Shown in pieces: positions 63,426-64,000 of a stretch of 64,000 bases of DNA. Position 1 is the stretch's first letter; each line of letters starts with the position of its first letter. Both the position numbers and the translations under genes were made by a program. Origin of the DNA: Chiloscyllium plagiosum (lineage: Eukaryota). The DNA lies in contig NC_057712.1 of the NCBI RefSeq assembly GCF_004010195.1, positions 39,234,395 through 39,298,394 of the forward strand. Reading direction: 5' to 3'. Below the pieces are notes generated by a model that saw nothing but the letters and a program-made list of their open reading frames with translations, searched no databases and was not told the origin of the DNA.

Positions 63426-63513
63426 GGTGTGACCTTCCCTGCCATGCATGCAATGTGGGCTAAATGGGCACCCCCTCTTGAACGGAGTACACTCCTCAGT
63501 TTATCATATGCAG
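63426..63513 (+). CDS. SLC17A5: Sialin-like coding exon 4 (88 nt; [29 protein letters not shown]); gene continues beyond the window
   Basis: aatag acceptor, CAG|GTGAGT donor, WAPPLERS motif. Confidence 0.95.
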
Positions 63514-63525
63514 GTGAGTTCATTC

Positions 63526-63830
63526 ATAGAATCTCTGATGTCTAAGCAGGCCGTTTGGCCCATTGAGTTCACACTGCCACTGAGCATGCCACCCCTGTAA
63601 CCTTGCACTTCCCATGGCTAATCCATTCAGCCTGCACATCACTGGACACAATGGGCAATTTAGCATGGCCAGTCCACCTCGCCTGCACATATTTGGACTG
63701 TGGGAGGAAACAGGAGCTCCTGGAGGAAACCCACACAGACGTGGAAAACGTGCAAATTCCGCATGCAATTGCCTGAGGGTGGAATTGAACCTGGGTCCAT
63801 GGTGCTAACCGCTGAGCCATTGTGCTGCCC
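63526..63830 (-). mobile_element. HE1-like SINE starting about 12 nt after SLC17A5-like exon 4
   Basis: A box TGGCTCAGCGG, B box GGTTCAATTCC, V domain. Confidence 0.85.
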
Positions 63831-64000
63831 ATTGTATAGAACCTACCAAAGGTGGTGCTGAGTGAGTGGATTCAACATTAGTTATAATATTTTTTAATAA
63901 AAGTGTCATTGTCAGTTTCATATTCAACCCACTCATTGATTTATTCACCTTTTTTTAAATCAATATCCTGATAATATAAACATTTGGTGTTTAAACAAAA

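Overview
Vertebrate genomic DNA, very likely a shark (inferred from HE1-like V-SINEs, CR1 LINEs sharing their tail, Deu-type SINE relics, and Penelope, Rex1 and RTE elements). Three spliced genes can be reconstructed by hand. (1) ELP3 on the minus strand: coding exons 1-7, ATG at 21026, running off the left edge, all introns GT-AG with consistent phases, CpG/GC-box promoter at about 21030-21300. (2) A divergently oriented plus-strand gene for an about 290-aa protein that appears to be only a TRIM32/malin-like NHL beta-propeller (exons 30809/30824-31348 and 39964-40311, plus a candidate 17-nt micro-exon), with no RING or B-box visible. (3) A sialin/SLC17A5-like gene on the plus strand (coding exons 1-4, ATG at 49416) running off the right edge. 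Most of the rest is transposon-derived: CR1 copies (two long ones with esterase ORF1 sequence), nested insertions, a 781-bp solo LTR with a 4-bp TSD, a Harbinger transposase fossil, Tigger-like MITEs, and Penelope-like elements plus short TSD-flanked, often palindromic derivatives that carry minimal hammerhead ribozyme cores. There are two N gaps (7226-7318 and 35968-36485). All comparisons with known proteins and repeats are from memory; no searches were run.
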